Notes under the pieces: generated by a model | The model's input: the letters and a program-made list of their open reading frames with translations, nothing else | What the model was told of the DNA's origin: nothing | The model's database searches: none | Position numbers and translations under genes: made by a program | NCBI RefSeq assembly: GCF_006345805.1 | Contig: NC_043004.1 | Location: 106,950,001-107,014,000, forward strand | Length of the DNA: 64,000 nt | From: Octopus sinensis | Taxonomy: Eukaryota | Direction of reading: 5' to 3' | In this document: positions 12,432 to 24,486 of the stretch, in pieces | How the letters are laid out: the number at the start of each line of letters is the position of its first letter | Position numbering within the stretch: position 1 is the stretch's first letter

Positions 12432-13111
12432 ACTTTATAATAATTATTGTAGGAGGCCAATTAACTATGTCTAGGGAAAAAGATGCGCGTGCCGTTAGCA
12501 GTACAGCAGGTTGGGTTACACTTTCATTTATCAACTGTTGTATGTCTTCAGGTCGCACTTTGAAGCGTGTAAAAGAGGGTGGTGGAAATGAAGAAAAGGA
12601 AGCATTGATAGATAAATAAGTAAAGAGGAGGAGGAGGAAGAATAGAGATGTAGAGAGATGAAAAGAAAACGGTGAGAATGCATTCATTGACAATTCCATG
12701 TTATTATGCTAAGGTCTTGGCTCTTTCCCATTTCGACACAATTATGTCATTTCAAAGGACGCTCTTTCAGATATATAATTTCTTTATAATGATAGCAGTG
12801 ATCTTTATATGACAAAGAACAGTCGAGAAAGGTTTGGAAAAGATAAATAAATAAAACGGATGCCTCTTTTAAACACTTAGATGTAGCAACTTCCGCTAAA
12901 TGTCGAAAAAGCAGAGCAATAAATTACTAAAATATGGAATTTAATGAAATGTTCTTTGATTAACCTTTGCGAAATTTTACCCAATTTTATCAAATTTAGA
13001 CATTTCTAGACAAGTCCTACTTCGTTCGTCTGAATTCGAAACAATATCTAGTTTTTGTTCGAGACAGTTTTCGTGCATGCGTTTGTATATATATGTATAT
13101 ATATATGTGTA

Positions 13112-13194
<83 letters not shown>

Positions 13195-13198
<4 letters not shown>

Positions 13199-13791
13199 GT
13201 AAATATAAGAAAGTTACCGTTAAGTGGTTAACTCTAGTGCTAGAAATAGCTCCTTATTCTGGAAATTAATATCTAATTTTCCCCCCTCATTTATGAATTT
13301 ATAAATTTAATATACTGCAGTAAATATTATATGCAGTATTCGTTTCCACTAAGTCTTACCATGCTTTTGGCGGGGAAGCTAAATCACAACTATGTATGCA
13401 ATCGATTGGACCGCATGGGTATTTATCGCCCGTGAGGGTCTAATAAATTGTATCGAAGACAAATGCTGCTGATGACTTATAGATAAATATGTGAGTATAA
13501 TTGCATATTATATTGATAAAGAAACAATTGTTCAGCATTAATCTATCTTTTCGTTGTATTTAACTTTCCTTACGTTGAAGGTAATTTTATTTCTTTTGTG
13601 GAAACAACTTCGGTGGCTATACCAGAATAAGGAGCTATTTCTAGCACTAGAGTTAACCACTTAACGGTAACTCTCTTATATTTACGTATAAATTTGTATT
13701 GTCTCCCTGGTTTTTATGTGCTAGGCCAATTGGTGTTAAACTGATGGTATTATTAAATTAATATCTAATTTTTCACCCTCATTTATGAATG
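13195..13791 (+). mobile_element. Penelope-like non-autonomous element with an inverted 5' segment and a terminal direct repeat
   Basis: Inverted repeat 13195-13262/13622-13689 (1 mismatch), direct repeat 13263-13298/13756-13791, and an internal hammerhead. Confidence 0.65.
13462..13539 (+). ncRNA. Type I hammerhead ribozyme
   Basis: Stem I AATGCTG/CAGCATT, core CTGATGA, long AT-rich stem II, GAAA, palindromic stem III ACAATTGT, and a GUU cleavage triplet ending at 13532. Confidence 0.8.
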
Positions 13792-13810
13792 TGTGTGTGT
13801 ATATATATAT

Positions 13811-14076
13811 ATCACGTGTTCACGGGACCGACCAGGCTGTCAGATGTTGCTACACATCGCTGGTCACAATGCGCTTCGCATTGTTTTAGCCTTTAAGTGA
13901 CGCCACCCCGCTTGCTAAGCGAGCAGGCCAACAGAAGAAAGAGTGAGAGAAAGTCGAAGCCTCGTGGAGCTTTAGGTGTTTTCGCTCAATAAACACTCAC
14001 AACGCCCGGTCTGGGAATCGAAACCGCGATCCTACGACCGCGAGTCCGCTGCCCTAACCACTGGGCCAAAGCGCCT

Positions 14077-14080
<4 letters not shown>
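13811..14080 (-). mobile_element. tRNA-derived SINE, family 4 (CACGTGAT tail)
   Basis: Head GGCCCAGTGGTTAGGGCAGCGGACTCGCGGTCG...TTCGATTCCC; homologous to 41490-41795 and 36557-36672. Confidence 0.85.
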
Positions 14081-14113
<33 letters not shown>

Positions 14114-14145
14114 AATTATATGTATATGTATGTTTATATATACAT

Positions 14146-14311
14146 ATAGGCGTAGGAGTGGCTGTGTGGTAAGCAGCTTGGTTATGGACTACATGGTTAT
14201 GGCTTCATTCCCACTGCTTGGCACCTTGGGCAAGTGTCTTCTACTATAGCCTCGGGCCGACCAAAGCCTTGAGAGTGGATTTGGTAGACGGAAACTGAAA
14301 GAAGCCCGTCG

Positions 14312-14405
<94 letters not shown>

Positions 14406-14609
14406 TGTGTCTGTGTTTGTCCCCCCAACATCGCTTGACAACCGACGGTGGTGTGTTTACGTCCCCGTAACTTAGCGGTTCGGCAAAAGAGACCGTTAGA
14501 ATAAGTACTAGGCATCCAAAGAATAAGTCCTAGGGTCGATTTGCTCGACCAAAGGCGATGCTCCAGCATGGCCGCAATCAAATGACTGAAACAAGTAAAA
14601 GAGTAAAAG
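14146..14609 (+). mobile_element. SINE family 1, full length
   Basis: Head-to-tail match. Confidence 0.92.
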
Positions 14610-14851
14610 CGTAATATATATTTATACATACAGCCGACTGAAACTGCGCTTGCGCGGTGAATTTGAAAACTTATTTTGCATAACGATGAGACACGTGTTA
14701 TTCGTCTCTTAATTATATGTCAGTGTTATGGTGCGGTCACTGATGAGAAATTTCGCCTAGCAAATTATTTTATTTGCTAAAAAATTTTGAAACATAAGTC
14801 TGACCGGATCAAAATAACAAGGTAAAAGTTTTTACTTTTCATTCCTTTTCA

Positions 14852-14898
<47 letters not shown>

Positions 14899-15031
14899 TA
14901 ACTTGTTTCAGTCACTTGACTGTGGTCATGCAGAAGTACAGCGTTGAAAGGTTTATTCGAACAAATCGATCCGGGTACATTTTTCTTAAGTGTGATACTT
15001 ATTCTGTCGGTTCCTTTTGCCGAAACTGGCT

Positions 15032-16309
15032 CTATGTAGACGACGGTGAACAGGTGTGGTCGCCGTTTGTGAGGCACGCTTTCCCGAAGCTCGTCTCCAT
15101 GACCGAACTGCAGTCGTGGATCAAAAAGTGGCCGAGGAAGGGCGAATGGCACCGCGAGTGTCGCGTTGCTCTCAAGCAAATCTGCCGTCCTTGTTCGACC
15201 TTGAGTGACTTCAACACGACCAAAGCATTCTATAGGGGATTAGTGGAGGGGAGGTACGACGACGAGCTCGGGGCGAACCTGGACGTCGACGAGGAGTACC
15301 TGACCCGCCTGTTCAGGACGACTTTCGGGCCAGGGCCCATGGACAACTTCCAGAGATCCCTGGCCTGGCAGTGTTACCGAGAAGCGCTACCCGTTCGGGA
15401 TAAGCTCTACAGACACGGCTCGAGAAACACGGGGTCGACCTGCCCGAGATGCGGTCAGAGCGACGAAACCGTTCTGCACGCACTCGTTCAGTGTCCAACA
15501 ATTTCCGACCTGTGGGCTTATGTCGAACAACTGCTGTCACGTGTGGGACGAGTCGGTTTATCAGCTGAGTCTATCGTCAATATTGTCACGCCTCCTTCCT
15601 TCAAACGGGAAGGAAGAGCTATTTTCATCATCCTTGTGGCTATGGCGAAAGAATGTATCTGGTGGACACGTCTGAAAGGATTGGAGACAAACACTTTCCT
15701 CTCTGGTCAATCTCTCATCAACTTCTTCAAGTACCACTTGAAAAGGAAAGTGAGAGTAGAGAGGCAAGTTTTGTCTAGCGAATGTTTTAAAAAAAGATGG
15801 GTGAATGTAGCAAGGATGGCACGTATGAATGACGAAGCCACCTTGAGCATAGTCCTATGAACCCAGAAATTGAAAACAGAGGGTTACCCACTGGCAAACA
15901 AATGTGGTAACATATAACAATATTGACCAGGGTTACCGTGGTCTTTTTCGTAGGCTTTTCTTCCCACGGATAAACCTTACTTGCTTTCCCCTTTACACCA
16001 TATATCAGAACACTGTGATACACGATCCCTATTGATCGTTCCTTTTTTTTCTTTTTTTTTCCTCTTCCCCTTTTTTTTCCCCTTTTTCTTCTTTATTCAT
16101 TTCTCTTTTCTTTTGTTCCTTTCCCTTTCTTTTTTTTCTTTTATTCTTTTTATTTTTTATTCTATTTTTTTCTTTTTTTTTGTTCTTTTCTTCCCTTTTA
16201 CGATCCCTCTTGATCAAAAACCTACGCCACCCCCTTTTTTTTCAAAAGAAAAGCTCTACCTTGTAACTTGTCCCATCTGTGTGCAGCCCTGTGTGGCCAA
16301 TAAAGAAAC

Positions 16310-16310
<1 letters not shown>
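15032..16310 (+). mobile_element. L1/Tx1-clade LINE, 5'-truncated (ORF2 C-terminus plus 3'UTR)
   Basis: Uninterrupted frame to the stop at 15860, with W...REALPVRDKL and the CCHC motif CPRCGQSDETVLHALVQC, then W. T-rich 3'UTR with AATAAA at 16299-16304, followed by (TATC)n. Confidence 0.88.
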
Positions 16311-16628
<318 letters not shown>

Positions 16629-16649
16629 TATACATATATGTATATATAT

Positions 16650-16905
16650 TAGTCCGGGCAAGGTTATTTGAGGAAGACCGGCTGTTGCCCATGCAAACCA
16701 TTGTCCCTTCTTCACACCATCGATGTTGTTCAAGGGTCAGGCTTCGAACCAGATACCTCACAACTCGTTTCTACAGCTGAGTGAATGGAACAGCGTGAAA
16801 GAAAGTGACTTGCTCAAGAACACAACTTACAATCTAGTTCGGTAATCGAACTTAGCGTCACGATTGTGATTCTGACACCCTTACCACTGAGTCATGCGCC
16901 TTCAG
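16650..16905 (-). mobile_element. SINE family 3
   Basis: Head ATGACTCAGTGG...AAGTTCGATTACC and TGTTCTTGAGCAAGTCACTT. Confidence 0.7.
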
Positions 16906-17159
16906 TTTAGATATGTATACATACATACGTACATACATACGTACATACATACATACATACATACATACATACATACATACATACATACATACATAAATGG
17001 TGCAAAAAGGAAAAATAAAACACAAAGATGAGATAAAAAGAAAAACAGTGTATTAGGTTTACGCTCAGAGAAAATGAAAGGAAAAGTCTTTTTTGTTTCC
17101 AGCATACGTTCTGTAGAAAGAAAAGGCAAGGAGGACAAAAAAGATGGAGCGAGAAAAGA

Positions 17160-17215
<56 letters not shown>

Positions 17216-17439
17216 TGTGTGTGTGCGTGTGTGTGTTTAATTGAAGATGGTTACAGTCACAGATGTCGACATACTTTGCAAAAAGAGAAACATTCAAAAT
17301 TCCCATCCATGCATAACACCCAACATAAAAACTCCGGATACTGCACTGCCTAAGATTGTCAAACCAGTCTTTAAAAACAGAGATAGCAACAGAAGCCTTT
17401 CTCACAACTCGGCAATATAACAAAATGCGCTGACAGTAT

Positions 17440-17821
17440 TTGACTGCGGTCATGCTGGAGCACCGCCTTTAGTCGAGCAAATCGAACCCATGACTTATTC
17501 TTTGTAAGCCTAGTACTTATTCTATCGGTCTCTTTTGCCGAACCGCTAAGTTACGGGGACGTAAGCGATGATGGGGGGGGGGCGGACAAACACAAACACA
17601 CAAACACACACACACACATATATATATATATACATATACATATATACATGTATGCGACGAGCTTCTTTCAGTTTCCGTCTACCAAATCCACTCACAAGGC
17701 TTTGGTTGGCCCGAGACTATAGTAGAAGACACTTGCCCAAGGTGCCACGCAGTGGGACTGAACCCGGAACCATGTGGTTGGTAAGCAAGCTTCTCACCAC
17801 AGAGCCACTCCTGCGCCTATA
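17440..17821 (-). mobile_element. SINE family 1
   Basis: Head-to-tail match. Confidence 0.9.
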
Positions 17822-17867
17822 TTTAACTGGACCACAAAGAAAATTGGTTGCGATGTCATGGCTGTGA

Positions 17868-18242
17868 AGTTAAGAAGCTCGCCTTGCGACCTGGTGGTTC
17901 AGGTTCAATATTACTGCGTAGCACTATTGGCAAATATCTCCTACTTTAGTACCGGGCTGATAAATGCCGTGTGAGTGAATTTGGTAGACGGAAACTGTGA
18001 GGAAGTCTGTCGTGTGTGTGTGTACCTTTGGGTTTGTGTTTGTCCTACTACCTTCGCTTGACAACGGGTGCTGGTCTGTTTATGTCACCGTAATATAATG
18101 GTTCAGCAAAAGAGACCGATGAAATAAATACTAGATTTGAAAGAAAAAGAAAACAGAAAAACTGGGGTCAATTTGTTCGACTAAACCCTTCAATGTGGTG
18201 TTCCAGCATGACCGCAACCCAATGACAGAAATAAGTAAAAGT
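17868..18242 (+). mobile_element. Older SINE family 1-like copy
   Basis: Diverged head and tail; AGACGGAAACTG and CCAGCATGACCGCA motifs. Confidence 0.7.
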
Positions 18243-18295
18243 TAAAGACGGAAGGTAAAAAAAAATATGATCGGAGACCAGGTTCGAATGTTTGC

Positions 18296-18884
18296 TATTT
18301 CTTTATTGCTCACAAGGGGCTGAATATAGAGGGGACAAACAAGGACAGACAAACGGATTAAGTCGATTATATCGACCCCAGTGCGTAACTGTTACTTAAT
18401 TTATTGACCCCCGAAAGGATGAAAAGCAAAGTCGACCTCGGCGGAATTTGAACTCAGAACATAAAAACAGACGAAATACCTATTTCTTTAATACCCACCA
18501 GGGGCTAAACACAGAGAAGACAAACAAGGACAGACAAACAAGGACAGACAAACGGATTAAGTCGATTATATTGACCCCAGTGCGTAACTGGTACTTATTT
18601 AATCGACCCCGAAAGGATGAAAGGCAAAGTAGAACGTTGCAGCAGACGAAATACCTATTTCATTACTACCCACAAGGGGCTAAACACAGAGAGGACAAAT
18701 AAGGACAGACAAAGGGATTAAGTCGATTACATTGACCCCAGTGCGTAACTGGTACTTAATTTATCGACCTTGAAAGGATGAAAGGCAAAGTCGACCTCGG
18801 CGAAATTTAACATCAGAACGTAACGGCAGACGAAATACGGCTACGCATTTCGCCCGGCGTGCTAACCACTCTGCCAGCTCGCCG
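18296..18884 (-). mobile_element. SINE family 2 trimer flanked by one 18-bp TSD
   Basis: CCAGGTTCGAATGTTTGC at 18278-18295 and 18888-18905; two ACGAAATAC|CTATTTC junctions. Confidence 0.9.
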
Positions 18885-19524
18885 AACCCAGGTTCGAATG
18901 TTTGCAACAGAGTGGACCAGTTAAAGGCGCAACGAAGAGCCAGGCAGTGATGTCGTAAACGAGGCAAACAACTGAGTCTGTTTCCAAGGAAAGTTTCACT
19001 GACTCTGCTTGTCGCAGGCATCAACTTATTTCTTGTTAAACTCTTTATGTACGATACAATCGCCCTCAGTTGTACATGATTCTCACCACTTTAGATATTG
19101 GTTTGGCACATTTTCGGTGTCTTCTGCAGAGGAAGGCTAACGAACAAGAAACGCGTCTTGGAGTCCGACGGAGGGCACCATTGATCTGATAAGGGTATTT
19201 TTACACCTTTTACCAAAAGCGGGAATTTTTCCTGTACGATACACTGCAGCAGTTAGAAGTGAAATATGTCGCATGTTTGTACTAACTTACATTTCGTACA
19301 GTTTAAACAGTTATTTTCTTGATTTATTCAACTAAACCTTTCAGAACGGTGCCCCAGCATGACCTCAATCCAATAACTGAAAAAATACCAAAAAATTAAA
19401 ATCAATATTTTCTAGTAGAACACTAAGATTTTTCTAAAATTTAGCATCAAATTCTATAGAGTTATTTAAATACTAAATACTTCTAGGTAAGGAATCAGAT
19501 ACAGTGAATTAGAATAATATGCTT

Positions 19525-20093
19525 CCATACATACACATACATGCATGCATTCATACATACATACATACATGCATTCATACATACATACATACATACATAC
19601 ATACATACATACATACATACATACATACATACATACATGCATGCATGCATACATACATACATTCATACATACATACATTCATACATACATACATACATAC
19701 ATACAGACAGACAGACAGACATACATGCATTCATACATACATACAAACATACATACATGCATGCATGCATACATACATACATTCATACATACATACATAC
19801 ATACATACATACATACATTCATACATACATACATACATACATACATACATACATACATACATACAGACAGACAGACAGACAGACAGACATACATGCATTC
19901 ATACATACATACATGCATTCATACATACATACATACATACAGACAGACAGACATACATGCATTCATACATACATACATGCATTCATACATACATACATAC
20001 ATACATACATACATTCATACATACATACATACATTCATACATACATACATACATACATATGTACGTACATACATACATACATACATACATACA

Positions 20094-20127
<34 letters not shown>

Positions 20128-20215
20128 CATACATACATAAATGCATGTCTACATACATACTTAGGTACGTACGTATGTACATACATACATACGTACGTTC
20201 GTACGTACACACACA
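19525..20215. repeat. (CATA)n/(CAGA)n/(CATT) compound microsatellite
   Basis: Direct reading. Confidence 0.95.
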
Positions 20216-20390
20216 TCCATCCATTAGCCATTCTCTCGATAGGTCGCTTGTTGCTCTTAACATTGTGTGTTCGTTCTAGGAATGATGCTGCTATATCGGT
20301 ACCAAAACGACGAAATAATGCCAGATCAAATTACCGAAGTGGAACAATGGAAAAATAAAAAAAAAAATTTTAAATAAAGAAATGAAAGTG

Positions 20391-20422
<32 letters not shown>

Positions 20423-20614
20423 GCGGTGGTGATGGTCCAATACTGTATAAAAAATATTTGAAACAAAATACAAGCGCAAAAATGTTGTCGAGTTATTGCT
20501 ATGACGAACAAATGTTCTAAACGTGACAGCTGTATGGCAAGTCAATAATTTTGTTGCGTCGCTCCGCTTAAAATAATCCCTTGCCTCCCCATTTTTTTTT
20601 ATGAGTATGTTAAA

Positions 20615-20672
20615 GGGTGGAAGGTTCGGGTGGAAGGTTCGGGTGGAAGGTTCGGGTGGAAGGTTCGGGTGG
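20615..20672. repeat. 13-bp minisatellite (GGGTGGAAGGTTC) x4.5
   Basis: Perfect copies, no spacers. Confidence 0.95.
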
Positions 20673-21389
20673 TAGATGAGGGAATGGAGTGGAGTTTCAG
20701 TCAAAGTAAATTCTGACTATTGCAACAAATAAATGGGTATTAATAAAAATAAAAAAAATACCGAAATTGCTCCGCAACTGCATTCCATATGGCGCCAAAT
20801 GTCTCTTCAACTTCTTGTGGTTGGTATTTATTTATTTATTTATTTATTCATATTAGGGGTTATATAAGAAAAGAGAGTGAAAGAGAGAAAGACAGAAAGA
20901 AGGAAAGAGAGAAAGAGAGAGAGAGCTTCATACTTGAGTTAAGTACGGTTGTGTATTGTTTTTAAGTTGTTGAATATAAGAAGATATAGGCGAACTTGAA
21001 ATGCGATCCTTTTTATTTATTACCGAATGAATTCAAAGTTTCATTGAATAGTGGATGGAACCTCTACGTGGTCATTCAACTCAACTGTACAGAAATAACT
21101 GCCGAATTACTCTAAAATCACAACTTACCATTTTTAAAATGCGGTGATTGTCACAAGACCGCTTTTGATCACAGATTTTCTTAATCAGAATTGATCTGGT
21201 GCTAAATAATAATAAAGATAACGAAGGCAACGATTTCACAGCGATTATATAGAATGGCTTTTACACACATGGGGCATTCATAACAGTGTCAAGTAGAGAT
21301 CAAATGATTTTACTTTATCTTTCGTTATTTTTGTCCTCTTCCTAAGTTGTCCATAAGGCGACGATATGGATCTTTCTTCTGTGCTATCC

Positions 21390-21609
21390 TTTTTATTTGT
21401 TAAATAAAAATGGATCAAGGTCTGAATACTTCGCAAGAACCTTGCAGGCAATGGCTGCACTAATTAAACACAAATCAACATTGGAAAATAAAGACATCAC
21501 TATGAACAATAAAGGCAGACTCCTACGCTCACTGGTATTTTCCAGCTTCTCGTACGGATTCTCACAGCAGAGATTCAAAGGAAGATACAGGAATTGGAAA
21601 TGGAGATAA
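21390..21609 (+). mobile_element. RTE-clade LINE fragment (post-RT region)
   Basis: A.AAL......I...KGRLLRSLVFSSFSYG resembles the RTE K.RL..SLV.S..LYG motif. Confidence 0.6.
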
Positions 21610-22085
21610 AAGTATTAACCATCTCCTAAATGAATGCAGTAAGCTAGCACAAAAAGAGTATAAGTGCAGGCATGAATGTGTTGATAAACGAGTACATTGA
21701 ACTGTTAGCCAAGTTTATGAATTCAAAGAGAAAGAAAAGTGGTATGATCACAAACCAACGGATGTGATGATGCATGATAATTACAAACTAATAAGAAATT
21801 CCTCCATAAAAAATGGTCATAATAAGAGACCAGATATGATCGAAGTGGACAAAAAATAATGCAAGATCATAAACTTTGCAATACGATATATGGCGGCCAG
21901 AAATGAGGAGACCGTGAAACATAAAGATGACATTCGTTGCTATGGTTGTGGGTACACTTGGCACAACACCCAAACTACTACCTAAGAGACTGGAGGATAT
22001 AGGAATTGAGACACGCATTTTCTACCTGCAGAAAAGTGCCATCTTGTATTTTGAAAGAATCCTATGGAAAATTCTTGAGATTTGA
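21610..22085 (+). mobile_element. R4/Dong-clade 3' fragment (end of knuckle plus RLE)
   Basis: INHLLNECSKLAQKEYKCRHE, EKWYDHKP, KRPDMIEVDK, VVGTLG and LQKSAIL motifs. Confidence 0.8.
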
Positions 22086-22934
22086 GATTGTCACTAAATC
22101 TCAGGATAATATCTCTGCGCAAGGCCAGTGATTTTAGGGAGACTGAGTAAGTGCTCAACTGGTAGTTGTTTTATTGACCCTGAAAGGATGAAAGCAAAAT
22201 TGTCTTCAGCGGAATTTGAAATTAAAACGTAAAGAGCCGGGATATACACTTGTAAACATTTTGTGCGACGCACTGACGTTTCTCTCAGCTCGCAACCTTA
22301 ATGACGGTTTCAGATTGTGGCATGAAGTCTACAATTTTCAAGGGAGGGTTTAGTTGATTACACCGACACAGAACTTGACGATTACACCGACACAGAACTT
22401 TTCAAGGGAGGGTTTAGTTGATTACACCGACACAGAACTTGACTTTATTTCAAGAAAGCCGAAAGGATGAAAGGTAAAATTGACCCCTGGCGGAATTGAG
22501 CTCAAAGTGTATAGAAGCAGAAATGCCGCTTAGCGTTTTGTCCGACGCACTGTCGAGTCTGCCAGCTCGCTGCCTTAGAAAAATAACAGTAACGGTTTCA
22601 AATTTTGGTTCAAAACCAACAATTTTAGGGAGAGGAGGTCAGTTGAAACAAATGCATTTAAGAAAGCTGAGAAACTAAAGGAAAACTGAGAAATCCCTAC
22701 ACGGGGACAGTGAATGCCCCTGTAAGATGTCAGTGGTAATATCACTCATCAAAAGAGTATTTATATTCACGTCATTGAACAATGCACGAGAGAAAGATAT
22801 AGTTAGAATAAAACAAACATTAATTAACGAATGATATTCCAACAGACAAGTGGCCCAAAGCTATAAAAGAATAAAGACACAAATATAATACAATAGACAA
22901 ATGAATCGCCGCCGCCGCCGCCGCTGTCGAGGAT

Positions 22935-23830
22935 GACGGCCTTTGGGATTTTGTATTTTTGTTTTATAGACATTTATGGATCCTGAGGTCACTGATGAGT
23001 CCAATTCTAAATCGAAATTTCCTTACACATGTGGGACAGGTGGTTCCAGATGGAGGGACCCTTCTTGGTTGTCCTGGTCTATCTTTTCTGCACCACCTTT
23101 CTCTTTCTTGCACGCTAGTGTCCCTCTTTGATGATGGATCTCCAGTGTTCTCGACCCCGAGCATTCCTCTCCCAATTCTCGGTGTCAATATTCTTTTCTA
23201 CTCTAGGCACAAGGCCCGAAATTTTGGAGAGAGGGCAGTCGATAAGATCGACCCCAGTACGCAAATGGTACTTAATTTATCGACCCCGAATGGATGAAAG
23301 GTAAAGTCGACCTCGGCGGAATTTGAGCTCAGAACGCAAAGACAGACGAAATACCTATTTCTTTACTACCAACAAGGGGCTAAACACAGAGAAGACAAAC
23401 AAGGACAAACAAACGGATTAAGTCGATTATATCGACCCCAGTGCATAACTGGTACTTATTTAATCGACCCCGAAAGGATGAAAGGCAAAGTCGAATTCGG
23501 CGGAATTTGAACTCAGAACGTAGCAGCAGACGAAATACGGCTACGCATTTCGCCCGGCGTGCTAACGTTTCTGCCAGCTCGCCGCCTTTCTCAGCGTCAA
23601 TACTACATTTCTTGAAGTTGGCCCCTTTGGATCTTTTCTTTGGTCCTCCTCATCTTCGTTTCCCTTCTGTTAGTTGGGAGGTGGGAAGCTGCTTCGGTAG
23701 GCGGTTGTTTTTCCATCCGGACAACATGACCAGTCCATCTCTGCTGTTTCTGGGTGATGATAGCTTCAATTGAGGCCATGTTGGTTTCTTTCAAAACACT
23801 GATGTTTTGTTCTTTTTTCTTTGCTGGACT
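22935..23830 (-). mobile_element. RTE/BovB-like LINE 3' part with C2H2-type finger, split by a SINE dimer
   Basis: NISVLKETNMASIEAIITQKQQRWTGHVVRME and CPTCVRKFRFRIGLISDLRIH*. Confidence 0.82.
23191..23587 (-). mobile_element. SINE family 2 heterodimer (tail A unit plus tail B unit) inside one TSD
   Basis: TTCTC(G/A)G(T/C)GTCAATA at 23176-23190 and 23588-23602; junction ACGAAATAC|CTATTTC at about 23354. Confidence 0.88.
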
Positions 23831-24336
23831 AAACTCATTGAGGCATGACTGCTCTCTAATGACTGAAACAAGTAAAACATAAAAAGATAAATACGTCAGC
23901 AACAGAGCCTCTACGTGGTCGCTCGATATTCTAGAAATAGATCCTAAATACTCCTGAAATCAAAGTACACCGTATTGAACAAGAAAGGACGCCTTGAGTA
24001 AATGAGTAAACCGCTGTGAGATCGTTCTTGGTCATAAGTTTGCTGCATCAGAATCGATCTGGGGGCCAAACAACAAGAATAACAGCAGCAACGAAAACAC
24101 CAACATTAAAAGAATTCGCAAACCTGCTGCTTCCTCACTTTTTAGACCTTTGAGTTGGATATTAATATTACCATTTTGACAGCCAAAATAATTTGATAAG
24201 TCTATGCACAGAAGGTTAAAGGTTGGTTTCTGAGATTTTGTACTTATAGTAAATGTTGTTTGAACCGTAGTAATCCTTGATCAATTCTATAATCACGGCT
24301 CAGTAGCAATAGTTGTATTATTATTATTATTATTAT

Positions 24337-24374
<38 letters not shown>

Positions 24375-24412
24375 ATAGTAGTAGTAGATGTTGTAGTAGT
24401 AGTAGTAGTAGT

Positions 24413-24486
<74 letters not shown>

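Noticed and set aside
13990-14080. tRNA-like sequences at SINE heads
   Set aside because: They have A and B boxes but no closing acceptor stem and continue into SINE bodies, so they are not tRNA genes.
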